Source of the DNA: Candidatus Micrarchaeia archaeon
GTDB taxonomy: Archaea > Micrarchaeota > Micrarchaeia > Burarchaeales > JAVZCV01
NCBI GenBank assembly: GCA_038874215.1
Contig: JAVZCV010000010.1
Coordinates: 1-36,359 of the forward strand
Length of the DNA: 36,359 nt
Direction: 5' to 3'
The number at the start of each line of letters is the position of its first letter. Position 1 is the stretch's first letter. This document shows, in pieces, positions 17,229 to 27,990 of this stretch. The position numbers and the translations under genes were made by a program. The notes beneath the pieces were generated by a model. That model searched no databases and was not told the origin of the DNA. It saw only the letters and a list, made by a program, of their open reading frames with translations.

Positions 17229-17864
17229 CTACTCTATGAAAGTCAGCTCGCCCCGTACGCCATCCCATGATACTTTGGTATTTTTTACATCAATCCGCTT
17301 TGAGAAAAAAGGGCAGTTTACCACAAACGTTTCTGCCTCCCCTCCCTCAAAAACCTCGTTTATGCCCTTCTTTGAAAATTCATCAACAAGTTCAGGAGTA
17401 ATAATCCTCCCAAGTAAATCCCTTCCCATTCCCTCAGCCGAGACAGAGGTTATCATTATCTCAAAACCAAATTCAAGCATCTCCTTGATTAGCCTCTTTT
17501 CGTTCTTACGCCAGAGTGGTGCGAAGCTCCTTATACCGAGGTTTTCGCAGATATAATCAATTCTCTCCTTCTGGTATTCACTCCTTACGGCTCCGCTTAC
17601 AACCCCATCACACTCAAATTCCGATATCACGCAACAAAGTTCCTCTATTTCCTCCTCCTTTTTCCCAGAAACGTTCGCAAAAGAGATGGGAAAACCCATT
17701 GCCCTTGCTTGTTTTTCAGCCCATATGACGTTTGGATGATGGAACATATACGAACCTGGGGGTGAAAGCACTGCAAGCAGCTCTACATCCCATCCCTGCA
17801 TGTGCGCCAAGAGAGTCGCATATGTAGAATCTTTCCCGCCGCTGAAAAGAGAAACGACCTTCAT
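17229..17864 (-). CDS. dph6: Diphthine--ammonia ligase
   Basis: LFSGGKDS PP-loop, SYMFH, GAVRSEYQ, PLW and EGGEAET. Confidence 0.92.
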   Translation of the reverse strand: MKVVSLFSGGKDSTYATLLAHMQGWDVELLAVLSPPGSYMFHHPNVIWAEKQARAMGFPISFANVSGKKEEEIEELCCVISEFECDGVVSGAVRSEYQKERIDYICENLGIRSFAPLWRKNEKRLIKEMLEFGFEIMITSVSAEGMGRDLLGRIITPELVDEFSKKGINEVFEGGEAETFVVNCPFFSKRIDVKNTKVSWDGVRGELTFIE

Positions 17865-17881
17865 GCATATGACTCGCAGTC

Positions 17882-17893
17882 AATTTTAAATTT
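17882..17893. promoter_or_regulatory. Bidirectional TATA-like element AATTTTAAATTT
   Basis: Centred about 24 nt from both ATG 17864 (-) and ATG 17912 (+). Confidence 0.55.
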
Positions 17894-17911
17894 AGTTGCG
17901 TAAAAAAGCCG

Positions 17912-18922
17912 ATGAACGTTTTGTTTTACAGCCCTGTTCATGATCCATATGGCGTCGGCACCGTGAGTAGAAGGCTATCTGCTGTTCTGAAGAAAGAAGT
18001 TGACCTTGATCTTGCAGATGCAAATTACTCAGTTGAATATCTGCGATTCTACACAAAAATACTCCTTTCGAAATATGATATAATCCATATCAACATAGCG
18101 CCGATGATTAAGAACCTATCAAGGCTTTTTCTATTAAATTTGACAACCGCACCCGTGATATTCAACATACACGGCGCCTTTACTCATGAACGGAAACTCA
18201 CGAGGAGTGGTTTTATAGGAAGGTTGGAAGATGTTTTTGCTTTTGATAACATAAGGACTACGTGTGAGAGAGCTGATGCCATAGTAGTAAACTCAAAATT
18301 CCTGAAGGGCATCGTTTCAAGAAGCTACGCGGTGGAGAGCAAGAAGATACGAGTCATACCAAATGGTGTCTACCTCCAAGAAACTAAGGATGTCAATCGT
18401 GCAAAGAATTCCATAATTTTTATCGGAAGGCTAGAACGAGAGAAGGGAATAGACATCGCGATAGATGTCCTTCAAATCCTAAAAGAAAAAGGTGAAAACG
18501 TTGAGTTGCGTGTTGTTGGTGATGGAAGCATGCGGGATTATGTGGTTGAAAAGGCGAAATCCCTACCCATTTCCTACTACGGCTTTGTCAGCGAGGAAAA
18601 AAAGGCAGAACTTCTAAGAAGCTCGCATTTTTGCATCATACCTTCAAGGTTTGAGCCATTCGGGATAGTTGCTCTGGAAGCGATGCTCTCGGGTGCAATC
18701 GTAGTGTCGTCTGACAGTGGAGGCCTAAAAGAGATAATAAAAGATGGGGAGAACGGCATAATCGCAGGAAATACTGCAAGAGAGATGGCAGACGCAATCT
18801 ATTCCCTCATGCACGATGATAGGGCGGAGTCCATATCAAAAAATGCAGTAGCGCATGCAAAAAATTATTCATGGGAAAACATAGCAAAGAGATACGTCTC
18901 TCTTTACCGTGAACTAATATGA
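17912..18922 (+). CDS. GT4-family glycosyltransferase
   Basis: VIPNGV, FIGRLEREKG and PSRFEPFGIVALEAM (EX7E) motifs. Confidence 0.93.
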   Translation: MNVLFYSPVHDPYGVGTVSRRLSAVLKKEVDLDLADANYSVEYLRFYTKILLSKYDIIHINIAPMIKNLSRLFLLNLTTAPVIFNIHGAFTHERKLTRSGFIGRLEDVFAFDNIRTTCERADAIVVNSKFLKGIVSRSYAVESKKIRVIPNGVYLQETKDVNRAKNSIIFIGRLEREKGIDIAIDVLQILKEKGENVELRVVGDGSMRDYVVEKAKSLPISYYGFVSEEKKAELLRSSHFCIIPSRFEPFGIVALEAMLSGAIVVSSDSGGLKEIIKDGENGIIAGNTAREMADAIYSLMHDDRAESISKNAVAHAKNYSWENIAKRYVSLYRELI

Positions 18923-18923
18923 C

Positions 18924-19610
18924 TCATTTTTCAGCTATCGCCACTATAAAACTTGAAGAAATGCTATACTTTGCATTGGAAAAAGTGTTTATAATAAGAA
19001 GCATGATCCCATCAATAATCCTATTCAATATGGACGCACGCATGGGAAATAGGCGTATTTTCCTGAAACCTGCGGCATCCAATACTTGGTGAAGGCTGTA
19101 TTCATTAAAACCAGTAGCATGGGTGAAGTCTATATACCGGAGATGCATGTAAAGGGGGTTGAGCATATTGAATGTTTTTATCATAGCCTTTCCTTCATCT
19201 TTCAGGCTTTCTCTTACAAGTTGAAGAAACTCCACTGTTCTGTCCCTCTCTATATGCTCTATCACATCAGTTGCAACAACCATATCAAACTCCCCCTTAT
19301 GCTTCTTCAAGTAGTCAAAGGCATCACAACACTCAACACTGCAACCTACACTTCCTGCGTACCTTGCCATATCCTCTGAGCGATCTATTCCATACGAATT
19401 CACGTATCCCTCACGCTTCAAAAAAACAAGAAAATGACCCATCCCACACCCAACATCCAGTATCCTTGCATTCTTATCCTTAGGTAAAAATTTCCCGTAA
19501 ACGAGTTTATATTCCCGGCACATCGTTTCAATTCTTCTTTCATCTCTTAGAAGGGAAGGGTCGTTTAAGCGTGAAAAACAATCCATATACCTCTCCACCA
19601 ACTTTTCCAT
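18924..19610 (-). CDS. Class I SAM-dependent methyltransferase
   Basis: ILDVGCGMG, GID, DVIEH and DFTH. Real start at ATG 19610; the upstream ORF extension is antisense to the CBS gene. Confidence 0.88.
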   Translation of the reverse strand: MEKLVERYMDCFSRLNDPSLLRDERRIETMCREYKLVYGKFLPKDKNARILDVGCGMGHFLVFLKREGYVNSYGIDRSEDMARYAGSVGCSVECCDAFDYLKKHKGEFDMVVATDVIEHIERDRTVEFLQLVRESLKDEGKAMIKTFNMLNPLYMHLRYIDFTHATGFNEYSLHQVLDAAGFRKIRLFPMRASILNRIIDGIMLLIINTFSNAKYSISSSFIVAIAEK

Positions 19611-19677
19611 AATCTCTATTATGGGTAGAACTATTATAAACAACATTCTCCAAAATACATTTCGGAGGTGGGGGGAG

Positions 19678-20100
19678 GTGAAGCCCGAGGACGCAATGTT
19701 CAGCATAACTGTCGTGGATTCCAAAAGCAGTGTTAGGGAAGTTGCAAGGTTGATGAGAGATAAGAACATAGGTTCTGTTCTCGTTTCTGTCGGCGGCGAG
19801 ATAAAAGGGATAATAACAACGAGAGATATGACGAACAGGGTTGTTGCCACAGGCCTTGACATAGATAAAACAACTGCCGGCGATATAATGTCGACACCCC
19901 TTATAACAATAGACGCAGAAGACGATATAGAAAAAGCAATAGAAATGTTCAACGAAAGAAGGATAAGGAGAATACCTGTCGTAAAAAAAGGCATGGTGGT
20001 AGGCATACTCACCCAGCGAGGACTGATGAAAAAAATGCCATACTTCTACCTGAGAAGAAAGAAAGAGAGGGACGAGGCAGTGCAGGGCGGCGATTGGTAG
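19678..20100 (+). CDS. Stand-alone CBS-pair protein
   Basis: IGSVLV, GIITTRD, DIMSTP, IRRIPVV and GILT. GTG start after GGAGGTG. Confidence 0.9.
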   Translation: MKPEDAMFSITVVDSKSSVREVARLMRDKNIGSVLVSVGGEIKGIITTRDMTNRVVATGLDIDKTTAGDIMSTPLITIDAEDDIEKAIEMFNERRIRRIPVVKKGMVVGILTQRGLMKKMPYFYLRRKKERDEAVQGGDW

Positions 20101-20102
20101 TC

Positions 20103-20729
20103 TTACCTATTCATTTTCTTTTTAATTACCTTAAGCGTGACGAATCCCTCCCGTTCTATTTCATCAAGCCTAAACGATATTATTTTTGCCTGTTTCTCCA
20201 GGCTTGGTATGACTATATACTCTAGGGAATTTACTCGTCTCTTCGTTTTCTCTATCTCCCTTATGAGCCTCTTCAAAGCGTTTTCTGTCGCGGCGACTTC
20301 AAAAACCATATTAAGAGCTTTCTCAAACTCTTTCGCTGCCTCATCAATCTTTGCAGAGGTTGCCAGAAAGCTATACCCTCGCTCCATTATACCCCTTGAA
20401 ATTCTGGGAGTTTCCACAATCGGTATCTTCACACCCATCACGTTCTTTACATCCACGCTAACCTTCATCTCTGCTCCAGATGAGAGCGCAGCATTCTCAA
20501 CTTCAAAAATACCATGGTAAGCCTGTGCAACAGCGAGAGCAAGAAAAGCTTTCTTCATCTGTGCATTGAGCTCACTACGTAAATCCCGTGCCCTTTCCAA
20601 AATAGCGAAGAACTCAAGAACAAGTGCATCCCTTTTCTCTTTAAGAAGCTTGTGCCCCTTCCTAGCTAGTTTTATGCGTTCTTTTGCTTTCAGTAGCTCC
20701 ATTCTGGTAGGGTTGAAAGATTCCTGCAC
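20103..20729 (-). CDS. atpD: A-type ATP synthase subunit D
   Basis: NPTRMELL, GHKLLKEKRDAL, NVMGV and TKRRVNSLEY. Confidence 0.97.
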   Translation of the reverse strand: MQESFNPTRMELLKAKERIKLARKGHKLLKEKRDALVLEFFAILERARDLRSELNAQMKKAFLALAVAQAYHGIFEVENAALSSGAEMKVSVDVKNVMGVKIPIVETPRISRGIMERGYSFLATSAKIDEAAKEFEKALNMVFEVAATENALKRLIREIEKTKRRVNSLEYIVIPSLEKQAKIISFRLDEIEREGFVTLKVIKKKMNR

Positions 20730-22111
20730 TATCCTCCCCCCTGCTTTGTTTTATAGTACTCATCTATATACTCCTGCTTTATCCTCTTCAACTCTGATTT
20801 GGGTAGCATTGATATGAGCGACCATGCTATCTCAAAGGTTTTCTCTATGCTCCTATTCTCATATTTTCCCTGTGCTACGAACTTTGCTTCAAACTCATCC
20901 GCGAATTTTAGGTATTTCCTATCTGTTTCCGTGAGTGCTTCCTCGCCAACAACCGCACTCAGGCTTCTCAGGTCCCTCCCATTTGCGTAGGCGGCATATA
21001 GCTGATCTGCAACATTCCTATGGTCCTCCCTTGTCTTGCCCTTGCCAATCCCAGCATTCATAAGCCTTGAAAGGCATGGAAGCACATCAATCGGCGGGTA
21101 TATCCCTTTTCTGTGCAAATCCCTGCTGAGAACTATCTGTCCCTCTGTTATATATCCCGTAAGGTCTGGTATCGGATGTGTTATATCATCCCCAGGCATT
21201 GATAATATCCCCAACTGTGTGACAGTCCCTTTTTTTCCTTTTATGCAACCCGCGCGTTCATATATTGATGCGAGGTCTGTATACATATACCCCGGATAGC
21301 CTCTTCTGCCAGGTATCTCCCCGCGAGCACTGGCTATCTCTCTAAGCGCCTCGCAGTAATTCGTCATGTCCGTAAGTATGACAAGGATGTGCATGTCCCT
21401 TTCAAAAGCAAGAAACTCTGCCGTTGTAAGTGCAAGTCTCGGCACAATCAGCCTTTCAACAGATGGGTCGTCAGCAAGGTTTAGGAAAAGCACCGCCCTC
21501 TCAAGAGCGCCCGTCCTTTCAAAATCCCTCATGAAAAAGGCAGCCTCCTCATGGGTTATTCCGATCGCTGCGAATACAACAGCAAATTTTTCGCTCGTGC
21601 CAAGAACTTGGGCTTGTCTTGCTATTTGCACTGCAAGTTCATTGTGTGGAAGCCCCGAGCCAGAGAATATCGGAAGCTTCTGCCCTCTTACAAGCGTGTT
21701 CATTCCATCTATTGCGGATACCCCTGTCTGTATAAAATCTGAGGGCTCTTCTCTTGCGTACGGGTTTATCGCACTTCCAGAAACATCAAGCTTCTCGCCG
21801 CCCATTATCCTTGGTCCATCATCTATTGGTTCCCCAAGCCCATCAAAAACCCTACCAAGCATCTCATCAGAAACGTTAATCCTTACCGTCTCGCCCAAAA
21901 ATCTTACGCTCGTCTTATCAACATCTAACCCTGCCGTCTGCCCAAAGATCTGCACAACAGCAAGGCCTTTTGATGTTTCAAGCACCTGCCCCTTTCTCCT
22001 CTCACCGTTTGGCAGTATTATCTCGGCGAGCTCCCCGTAGCCTACGTTATCAACCTTCTCAACGAAAACAAGCGGACCCGATATCTCACGGATTGTCTGG
22101 TACTCCTTCAT
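20729..22111 (-). CDS. atpB: A-type ATP synthase subunit B
   Basis: [30 protein letters not shown] and [15 protein letters not shown]. Confidence 0.98.
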   Translation of the reverse strand: MKEYQTIREISGPLVFVEKVDNVGYGELAEIILPNGERRKGQVLETSKGLAVVQIFGQTAGLDVDKTSVRFLGETVRINVSDEMLGRVFDGLGEPIDDGPRIMGGEKLDVSGSAINPYAREEPSDFIQTGVSAIDGMNTLVRGQKLPIFSGSGLPHNELAVQIARQAQVLGTSEKFAVVFAAIGITHEEAAFFMRDFERTGALERAVLFLNLADDPSVERLIVPRLALTTAEFLAFERDMHILVILTDMTNYCEALREIASARGEIPGRRGYPGYMYTDLASIYERAGCIKGKKGTVTQLGILSMPGDDITHPIPDLTGYITEGQIVLSRDLHRKGIYPPIDVLPCLSRLMNAGIGKGKTREDHRNVADQLYAAYANGRDLRSLSAVVGEEALTETDRKYLKFADEFEAKFVAQGKYENRSIEKTFEIAWSLISMLPKSELKRIKQEYIDEYYKTKQGGG

Positions 22112-22115
22112 TCTC

Positions 22116-23852
22116 TCACCCTATCTTTGAGAACCCGTTGTTTATACTTTCAGAAATTGCGTCAATCCTTTTTAGTTCTCCCTCAGGTATCTCCTTCATC
22201 CTCGCTATCTCGTTTCTGACTTCAAGCGACGCCACAATCCTGAAAGGAACCCCCCTTTCAACCGCACCCATCGCCATATCGTAGAAATGAAGGATTGTTT
22301 TCAGCATCTTGTACTGTTTTTGCAGGCTCGTGAAAGTATCCACCTCATGAAATGCACTCTGCTGTAAGAAGTCCTCACGCAGCATTCTCGCTGCGAGCAG
22401 CACAACCTGTTCCTTCTCCGGAAGGGCATCGGGACCCACAAGCTGGACGATCTCCTGCAACTCCGCTTCCTTTTGAAGCACCTCCATCGCCCTTCTACGA
22501 AGCTCGCTCCATTCAGATGATACGTTGTTCGCATACCATGCCTCAAGATTATCTATATAGAGCGAATAACTTTTGAGCCAGTTTATTGCAGGAAAGTGGC
22601 GCCTGTGCGCAAGACTTGCGTCAAGAGCGAGGAAAACCTTCGTTACCCTCAAAGTGTTTTGTGAAACTGGTTCAGAGATATCACCACCAGGAGGCGAAAC
22701 AGCCCCTATTATCGTTATAGAGCCCTCCCTGCCATCGCTCCCAAGACATACAACTCTGCCAGCCCTCTCGTAAAATTCTGCCAACCTCCTTGCCAAATAA
22801 GCAGGATATCCCTCCTCTCCAGGCATCTCCTCAAGCCTTCCTCCTATCTCACGCATCGCCTCAGCCCAGCGTGAGGTTGAGTCTGCCATAAGTGATACTC
22901 CATAACCCATATCCCTGTAATACTCTGCCAAAGTTATGCCCGTATAAACAGAAGCCTCCCTTGCAGCAACTGGCATGTTCGATGTGTTCGCTATCAGTAT
23001 CGTCCTCTCTATTAACGGTTTTTTTGACTTCGGGTCCTCAAGCTTCGGAAATTCTTTGAGCACCTCGCACATCTCGTTTCCCCTTTCCCCGCATCCCACA
23101 TACACTACTATCTCCGTATCAGACCATTTCGCAAACTGATGCTGGCTTACAGTTTTGCCGCTTCCAAATGGGCCAGGAATCGCTGCCGTACCGCCTTTTG
23201 CAATCGGAAAGAACGTATCAACAACTCTTTGGCCCGTTATGAGCGGAATATCCGGGTCAAGCTTTTTTGCGTATGGTCTCGGCTGGCGTACAAACCACGT
23301 ACTAAGCATCTTCACATCAGCCTTCCTATCTCCATGGGAAATAGTGCAAACGACATCCTCAACGCAGAACTTACCTTCTCTTATATCCTCAACATTTCCC
23401 CTTGTAGGCGCCATTACCCTGTGCGTTATTAGCTCTGTTTCCTTGACTTCTCCTATTATGTCCCCCTGTTCAAGCTTTGAGCCTTTCTTAACCTTCGGTA
23501 GAAATTCCCATCTTTTCTTTCTGTCAATAGCGTTAATTGCTATTCCCCTACCTATGAAAACTCCCTCCTCTTTAACAATGAGTTCAAGCGGTCTTTGAAT
23601 ACCGTCGTATATGGATTTAAGCAGCCCTGGTCCAAGCTCAACAGAAAGAGCTCTACCTGTTGATACAACTTTCTCACCCGGTTTAAGACCAGTTGTATCC
23701 TCATATACCTGTATGGTTGCCCTATCGCCGCTTAACCTTATTACCTCCCCGATTAGCTCCTCCTCCCCAACCTTAACTACGTCATACATTCTTGTCCCAA
23801 GCATATCCTTTGCAACCACAACAGGTCCAGAGATTTTCTCAAGTACCCCCAT
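22116..23852 (-). CDS. atpA: A-type ATP synthase subunit A
   Basis: GPFGSGKT P-loop, GCGERGNE and [13 protein letters not shown]. Start at ATG 23852 after GGTGA (alternative GTG 23861). No intein. Confidence 0.98.
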   Translation of the reverse strand: MGVLEKISGPVVVAKDMLGTRMYDVVKVGEEELIGEVIRLSGDRATIQVYEDTTGLKPGEKVVSTGRALSVELGPGLLKSIYDGIQRPLELIVKEEGVFIGRGIAINAIDRKKRWEFLPKVKKGSKLEQGDIIGEVKETELITHRVMAPTRGNVEDIREGKFCVEDVVCTISHGDRKADVKMLSTWFVRQPRPYAKKLDPDIPLITGQRVVDTFFPIAKGGTAAIPGPFGSGKTVSQHQFAKWSDTEIVVYVGCGERGNEMCEVLKEFPKLEDPKSKKPLIERTILIANTSNMPVAAREASVYTGITLAEYYRDMGYGVSLMADSTSRWAEAMREIGGRLEEMPGEEGYPAYLARRLAEFYERAGRVVCLGSDGREGSITIIGAVSPPGGDISEPVSQNTLRVTKVFLALDASLAHRRHFPAINWLKSYSLYIDNLEAWYANNVSSEWSELRRRAMEVLQKEAELQEIVQLVGPDALPEKEQVVLLAARMLREDFLQQSAFHEVDTFTSLQKQYKMLKTILHFYDMAMGAVERGVPFRIVASLEVRNEIARMKEIPEGELKRIDAISESINNGFSKIG

Positions 23853-23857
23853 AAAGC

Positions 23858-24199
23858 TCACCTTCTCATCATATCAAAGCCGAGTGCCCTCGTTATCAGA
23901 TTTCTCAGAGATTCTGTATCCTCAACAGGTCCTGTTCTATCTGGCACAGCAACTATTACAGGCGTAGTTATATCGTCTATTTTCCTCCTGAATTTCCTAT
24001 CTAACGAGTCAAGGAGGCGTTCGTTTATTATTATCATCCCGACAGTGTTATCCGCAATCAATTCTCTAAGCTTCTTTTCTAAATTCTCCTTCTCCGCTGG
24101 GAGTTCGGGCGAATGCTTGTAAAACCTCGTTATCCCCGCGAGCCTGAATCCCGTAACAGTGGCTTCATCACCAATAACAACAACATCCTTTTCATTCAT
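23858..24199 (-). CDS. atpF: A-type ATP synthase subunit F
   Basis: [15 protein letters not shown] and ITRALGFD motifs; operon position. Confidence 0.95.
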   Translation of the reverse strand: MNEKDVVVIGDEATVTGFRLAGITRFYKHSPELPAEKENLEKKLRELIADNTVGMIIINERLLDSLDRKFRRKIDDITTPVIVAVPDRTGPVEDTESLRNLITRALGFDMMRR

Positions 24200-24209
24200 A
24201 AACTCACTT

Positions 24210-25238
24210 TTAACTACCGAGCGAAACTATCATTGACTCTAGTTTTTCACGCGGTATCCCATACTGTTTTGCTCTTACTATCTTCCTTATGTTCGCTACT
24301 TCTTGCTCCTTTAGGTATAGGAACCCGATTATTGCGCCGAGAGAAAGGACGCTCAACCTAAGCATTTTTATACCCAGCATTGACAACCGTCTTTCCAGTG
24401 CTATCTCAAAATGCGAGAGCATACCATCCTTTCTGAAATCCTGAAGTGCGTCTGTAAGGTCATACCTATGCCTCACTTTTCCAACGACTTCCTCTATGTT
24501 CTTCGCTTCAATCATCTGCGCAATTTCATACCCTGTGAATGTTCCTCCATCAACGATAAATCCCCGCATCGTTTCCTCGTCTAATCCCGCTTTCTTGCAA
24601 CGCATTACGGTCATTATGTTTTTTGCGTCAACTTCAGATGAAACGAGTCTTTCGTACCCGCCCTCGCGAAATGCCTTTGTAAAATTACCGTAATAATGCC
24701 TGTCAAGTCCATTTAACAACACTGCTATGTTGCGTTTGCCCTCCTCTTCCCACAGCGGCTCCAGAATATCACGGTATTTCGTTCCTTTTAAACCATAGAT
24801 TACATCCTCAATGCTCTCCTTCTCCATGAGCGTGTGCAAGAGCTGCTCAGACAAACCACCCGCTGGCATGAGAAATACTTCAATGCCAGCTCCACCCCTG
24901 ACGATTTTTGAAAGCAATATCAATTTTAGGTTGTGTATATCCCAACGCTCAAGAAAAGCTTTTATTGTGGGCTTGCCCTTATCGGGGGTTATCTCAAGCA
25001 CCTTTCTACACGTTCTCGCAAAGTTTTTCCCCATCGCAAGTTCGACGAGTTCTGCCCCACTGTAGTCCATAGACAACCCTACAATATCCTCCCTGTATGT
25101 CGTATGTTCAAGAATGCCTATTATGCCCCTAATGTCCAAAAAAAGCATCTCGTCTATAGTGCTTCTGCCGAGCAACGCGCTCTTCATCGCCTTTACACGT
25201 GCATTTGAGTATCCGTACGTAAGCGGGTCAATCTGCAT
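24210..25238 (-). CDS. atpC: A-type ATP synthase subunit C
   Basis: YGYSNARVKAM, WDIHNLK and KEQEVANIRKI. Start at ATG 25238. Confidence 0.93.
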   Translation of the reverse strand: MQIDPLTYGYSNARVKAMKSALLGRSTIDEMLFLDIRGIIGILEHTTYREDIVGLSMDYSGAELVELAMGKNFARTCRKVLEITPDKGKPTIKAFLERWDIHNLKLILLSKIVRGGAGIEVFLMPAGGLSEQLLHTLMEKESIEDVIYGLKGTKYRDILEPLWEEEGKRNIAVLLNGLDRHYYGNFTKAFREGGYERLVSSEVDAKNIMTVMRCKKAGLDEETMRGFIVDGGTFTGYEIAQMIEAKNIEEVVGKVRHRYDLTDALQDFRKDGMLSHFEIALERRLSMLGIKMLRLSVLSLGAIIGFLYLKEQEVANIRKIVRAKQYGIPREKLESMIVSLGS

Positions 25239-25809
25239 TTTTACCCCCCAATATATCCAATATCTTTCTACGCAATAAAGCGGAATTTTCTTCAAAAATT
25301 GCTTCTAAAGAATAATTCGCCCTTATTCTCCCATCCTTTGACTTAACTATAACCCCACCCGCTATGCTCGTGCCAGCAGTTTCAACATCGGCTTTTGGGA
25401 ACATTTTCTTAACATTTTCAACATCTTCTCTACGAACGCATATCGTGCACTCCTTACCTATCTCCTTCATTCCTCTCATAATCACTTTTCGCAAGAAATC
25501 GTCATATGCCTTACTTTTCGTGTATTCCTTCATATACTCCCATATCTTCACAAGCGAGTCTTCTATCAGCTCATCCTTCGCTTTACCAATAAGATTTCTT
25601 GCATCAAGCCTCGCCGCCGCTATCCTTTCTCTCCTTTCTGCCTCAACGAGAGCGTTTGCACTTTCCTTTGCCCCCGCAAGAATCCTCTTCCTCTCGTCCT
25701 TCGCACCTTTTATTATTCTTTCACTCTCCAACCCTGCTTTTTCCTCTAACTCTTTCGCTTCATCTCTTGCCTTCCTCAAAATTTCTTCCCTAAGCTCTTC
25801 TAAACCCAT
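25228..25809 (-). CDS. atpE: A-type ATP synthase subunit E
   Basis: MGLEELREEIL coiled coil and IAGGVIV..DGRI..NYS; operon position. Confidence 0.92.
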   Translation of the reverse strand: MGLEELREEILRKARDEAKELEEKAGLESERIIKGAKDERKRILAGAKESANALVEAERRERIAAARLDARNLIGKAKDELIEDSLVKIWEYMKEYTKSKAYDDFLRKVIMRGMKEIGKECTICVRREDVENVKKMFPKADVETAGTSIAGGVIVKSKDGRIRANYSLEAIFEENSALLRRKILDILGGKNAD

Positions 25810-25839
25810 GAAGCCACTCTCTGGGCGCTTTAGACTACC

Positions 25840-26082
25840 CTATATCCTAAGCGTCAGCATTATCGCTATCACAAAACCGAATATTACTATGGTTTCTGGT
25901 ATTACGAGGTATACCAAAAGCTTTCCAGACTCCTCTGGTCTCTCTGCAATAACACCCATAGCCGCAGAGCCTATTGAGCTCTGGGCCCATGCTGTTGCAA
26001 TTGCTCCGCCCAGTATTGAGACAGCAGCACCAATTGCAAGCGCCGCCGTGCTTAGTGTGCTGGCCGTAGTTTCTGCAACCAT
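25840..26082 (-). CDS. atpK: A-type ATP synthase proteolipid subunit K (c)
   Basis: Single hairpin with AWAQSSIGSAAMG..AERPE and IPETIVIFG (ion-binding Glu). Confidence 0.96.
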   Translation of the reverse strand: MVAETTASTLSTAALAIGAAVSILGGAIATAWAQSSIGSAAMGVIAERPEESGKLLVYLVIPETIVIFGFVIAIMLTLRI

Positions 26083-26086
26083 AAAT

Positions 26087-26122
26087 TCACCTCCATGCTT
26101 TTTTATTTATAAAAATTTAAAA
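26087..26122 (-). promoter_or_regulatory. Perfect SD (GGAGGTGA) and candidate internal TATA (TTTTAAAT) upstream of atpK
   Basis: The 48-bp AT-rich atpI-atpK spacer reads GCTTTTAAATTTTTATAAATAAAAAAGCATGGAGGTGAATTT-ATG on the minus strand. Confidence 0.55.
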
Positions 26123-26130
26123 GCAACACT

Positions 26131-27990
26131 CTATCTTGGCACGGTATACTTCCTTTCGTATGCGAAAGGACTAAACTTCCTGCCACCTCCATGGAAGAAT
26201 TTTGTGAAAAACTCAACGTAGTTAAGCCTTGCACCCTGTATAAGCGATTCAAACATACCTATAACTATGTTCAAAAGATGGCATATTATGAAAGCAGGAA
26301 GCGTCAGCACCACAAGCGGAGAAGAGAAGTCGGGTTTCAGCATATCGTTTATTATGACAGCAACTACAACAGAAGCGAGCCCCACCGCAAGAATCCTCGA
26401 ATATGACAGGATATTGCCTCCAACACTGGGTATCTCCACTATTCCTACGATTCCCTCGCTTTTGACAATAGGCACGAGCGATATTAAACCAAGGATTGCG
26501 GCAGGAAGAATAAAAATACTGTCAAAAAAACCAAAAAGCGCAGTTGAAACTATAACAAAACCCGCTATTTCAACTCCGATCCAACCGAGTTTCGCAAGCG
26601 CATGCAGCCTATCATGCCCCCATTCATTTATAAAACCGAGCAGAAATCCAATGGCCACATGCACCATGCCCACCATAATCATGATGACAAGCAGCGTTTC
26701 TATGTTATGCATCCTTTCAATACCATGGTAGAGCGGATGCTGCAAACCTAAAAGCGAAGCATGCGAAAACCCGAAATACTCATCGTATAATATGCCAAAA
26801 AAGATGGTAGGTAAAGCCGCATAAGCCCAAGCACGAGCTATAGCATTCAGCAAACCTTCCCTGAACTTCCTCATAACAAATATGGCTATCAAGAGTGATG
26901 CAATGCCATAGCCAACATCACCAAGCATCATGCCATAAATAATGGGGAAAAAAATTGCGAAAACCACAGTCGGGTCAAGCTCATTGCTTCTTGGCACATA
27001 AACAAACTCAACCATGAACTCAAAAGGCTTTATGGGTTTTGGGTTTTGTAGAAGTGTAGGTGCAATTTCCTTGGGGGATATTTTTTGGAGAAGGGCATTG
27101 TACTTCTCTGTTATCTTCTCAAAATCCCCTAATTTTGATTTTGGAACCCAGCCTTCAAGAACAAAAAGTCTTTTTGTGAATCCAAACTTTGCCACTATCT
27201 CCGCCCTGTTTGCTTCTATCTCAAGCATTTCTCTTAAGGCAGGTATCTCTGTCTTGTGCTTCTGAATAGCTGACCCAATATCCTCAATCAAATTCTCTTT
27301 CTCGTTCTCAAGTTCTTTCCTCCTTTTAGTGTATCTCTCTACTATCCTCTTGGGTATTTCTTCTGGAATAGCATAAGAATAATCAATAAACCCTACCCTG
27401 TCAAACAGCTCTGACGGGTTAAATCTCCTATCCATCACAACTACGCATGCTCTATAAAGACCAGCATCCCATGAGAAAACCTCATGTGGTGCAAGTTTGC
27501 TTAGTTCTGTGCGCAACCTTTGAAATTTTGCAAGCGGAATTTTACCCAGATAGACGGTCGTAGATTTCGTGCGAAAACTGGAAAAGTCAATCTCAAGGTT
27601 GCTCATCCCAAGCTCATATAAAATTTTAAGCTTCTCATCAGTCTCCCTTATCTCTTTCTTTATCTCCTCTAATTTTTTCTGCATTTCATGTACTTTGGCG
27701 TAGAGCGGTTCAACTATCTGATCGCAACGCTCTAAGAGTTTTTTTCTCTCTAACTCTTCAAGTGGTTCATCTATTTCTACGCGCCCTATATAGCTCTCAA
27801 GCATCCTCGCCTTGGCAAGTTTGTCAGAAATTACTGAAAAGCTCTCAAGAGGCCTGCCCCTCTCAAAATACTCTGATGCTGCCTGCCTTATCTCAACCAC
27901 GCCTATGTTGTGCACCTCCTCCAACACTTCATCAAGATTTCGGAGGTGTCCTACTATTCTGATTGCCTGCATCTCAACTGCTCTAAACAT
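26131..27990 (-). CDS. atpI: A-type ATP synthase subunit I (a)
   Basis: LEGWVP, PTLLQNP, ELDPT, GMMLGDVGYG, LSYSRILA and RLNYVEFFTKF. Confidence 0.96.
   Translation of the reverse strand: MFRAVEMQAIRIVGHLRNLDEVLEEVHNIGVVEIRQAASEYFERGRPLESFSVISDKLAKARMLESYIGRVEIDEPLEELERKKLLERCDQIVEPLYAKVHEMQKKLEEIKKEIRETDEKLKILYELGMSNLEIDFSSFRTKSTTVYLGKIPLAKFQRLRTELSKLAPHEVFSWDAGLYRACVVVMDRRFNPSELFDRVGFIDYSYAIPEEIPKRIVERYTKRRKELENEKENLIEDIGSAIQKHKTEIPALREMLEIEANRAEIVAKFGFTKRLFVLEGWVPKSKLGDFEKITEKYNALLQKISPKEIAPTLLQNPKPIKPFEFMVEFVYVPRSNELDPTVVFAIFFPIIYGMMLGDVGYGIASLLIAIFVMRKFREGLLNAIARAWAYAALPTIFFGILYDEYFGFSHASLLGLQHPLYHGIERMHNIETLLVIMIMVGMVHVAIGFLLGFINEWGHDRLHALAKLGWIGVEIAGFVIVSTALFGFFDSIFILPAAILGLISLVPIVKSEGIVGIVEIPSVGGNILSYSRILAVGLASVVVAVIINDMLKPDFSSPLVVLTLPAFIICHLLNIVIGMFESLIQGARLNYVEFFTKFFHGGGRKFSPFAYERKYTVPR

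Noticed and set aside
19611..20012. Long N-terminal extension on the methyltransferase
   Set aside because: It is the antisense shadow of the CBS gene; the methyltransferase starts at about 19610.
22116..23852. Possible intein in ATP synthase subunit A (a known insertion hotspot)
   Set aside because: Normal length and a continuous GPFGSGKTV region.
25810..25842. atpK TAG stop is in frame with the atpE ATG with no intervening stop (possible readthrough or amber recoding)
   Set aside because: A one-in-three coincidence. TAG terminates conserved proteins at their normal ends elsewhere (for example fhs ...GLF), and a rotor-stator fusion is mechanistically implausible.
25364..26221. 285-aa plus-strand ORF and similar long antisense ORFs (13293-14102, 10140-10895, 21366-22040)
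   Set aside because: They lie wholly opposite well-supported genes, have Ser/Phe/Leu-rich shadow composition and carry no motifs.
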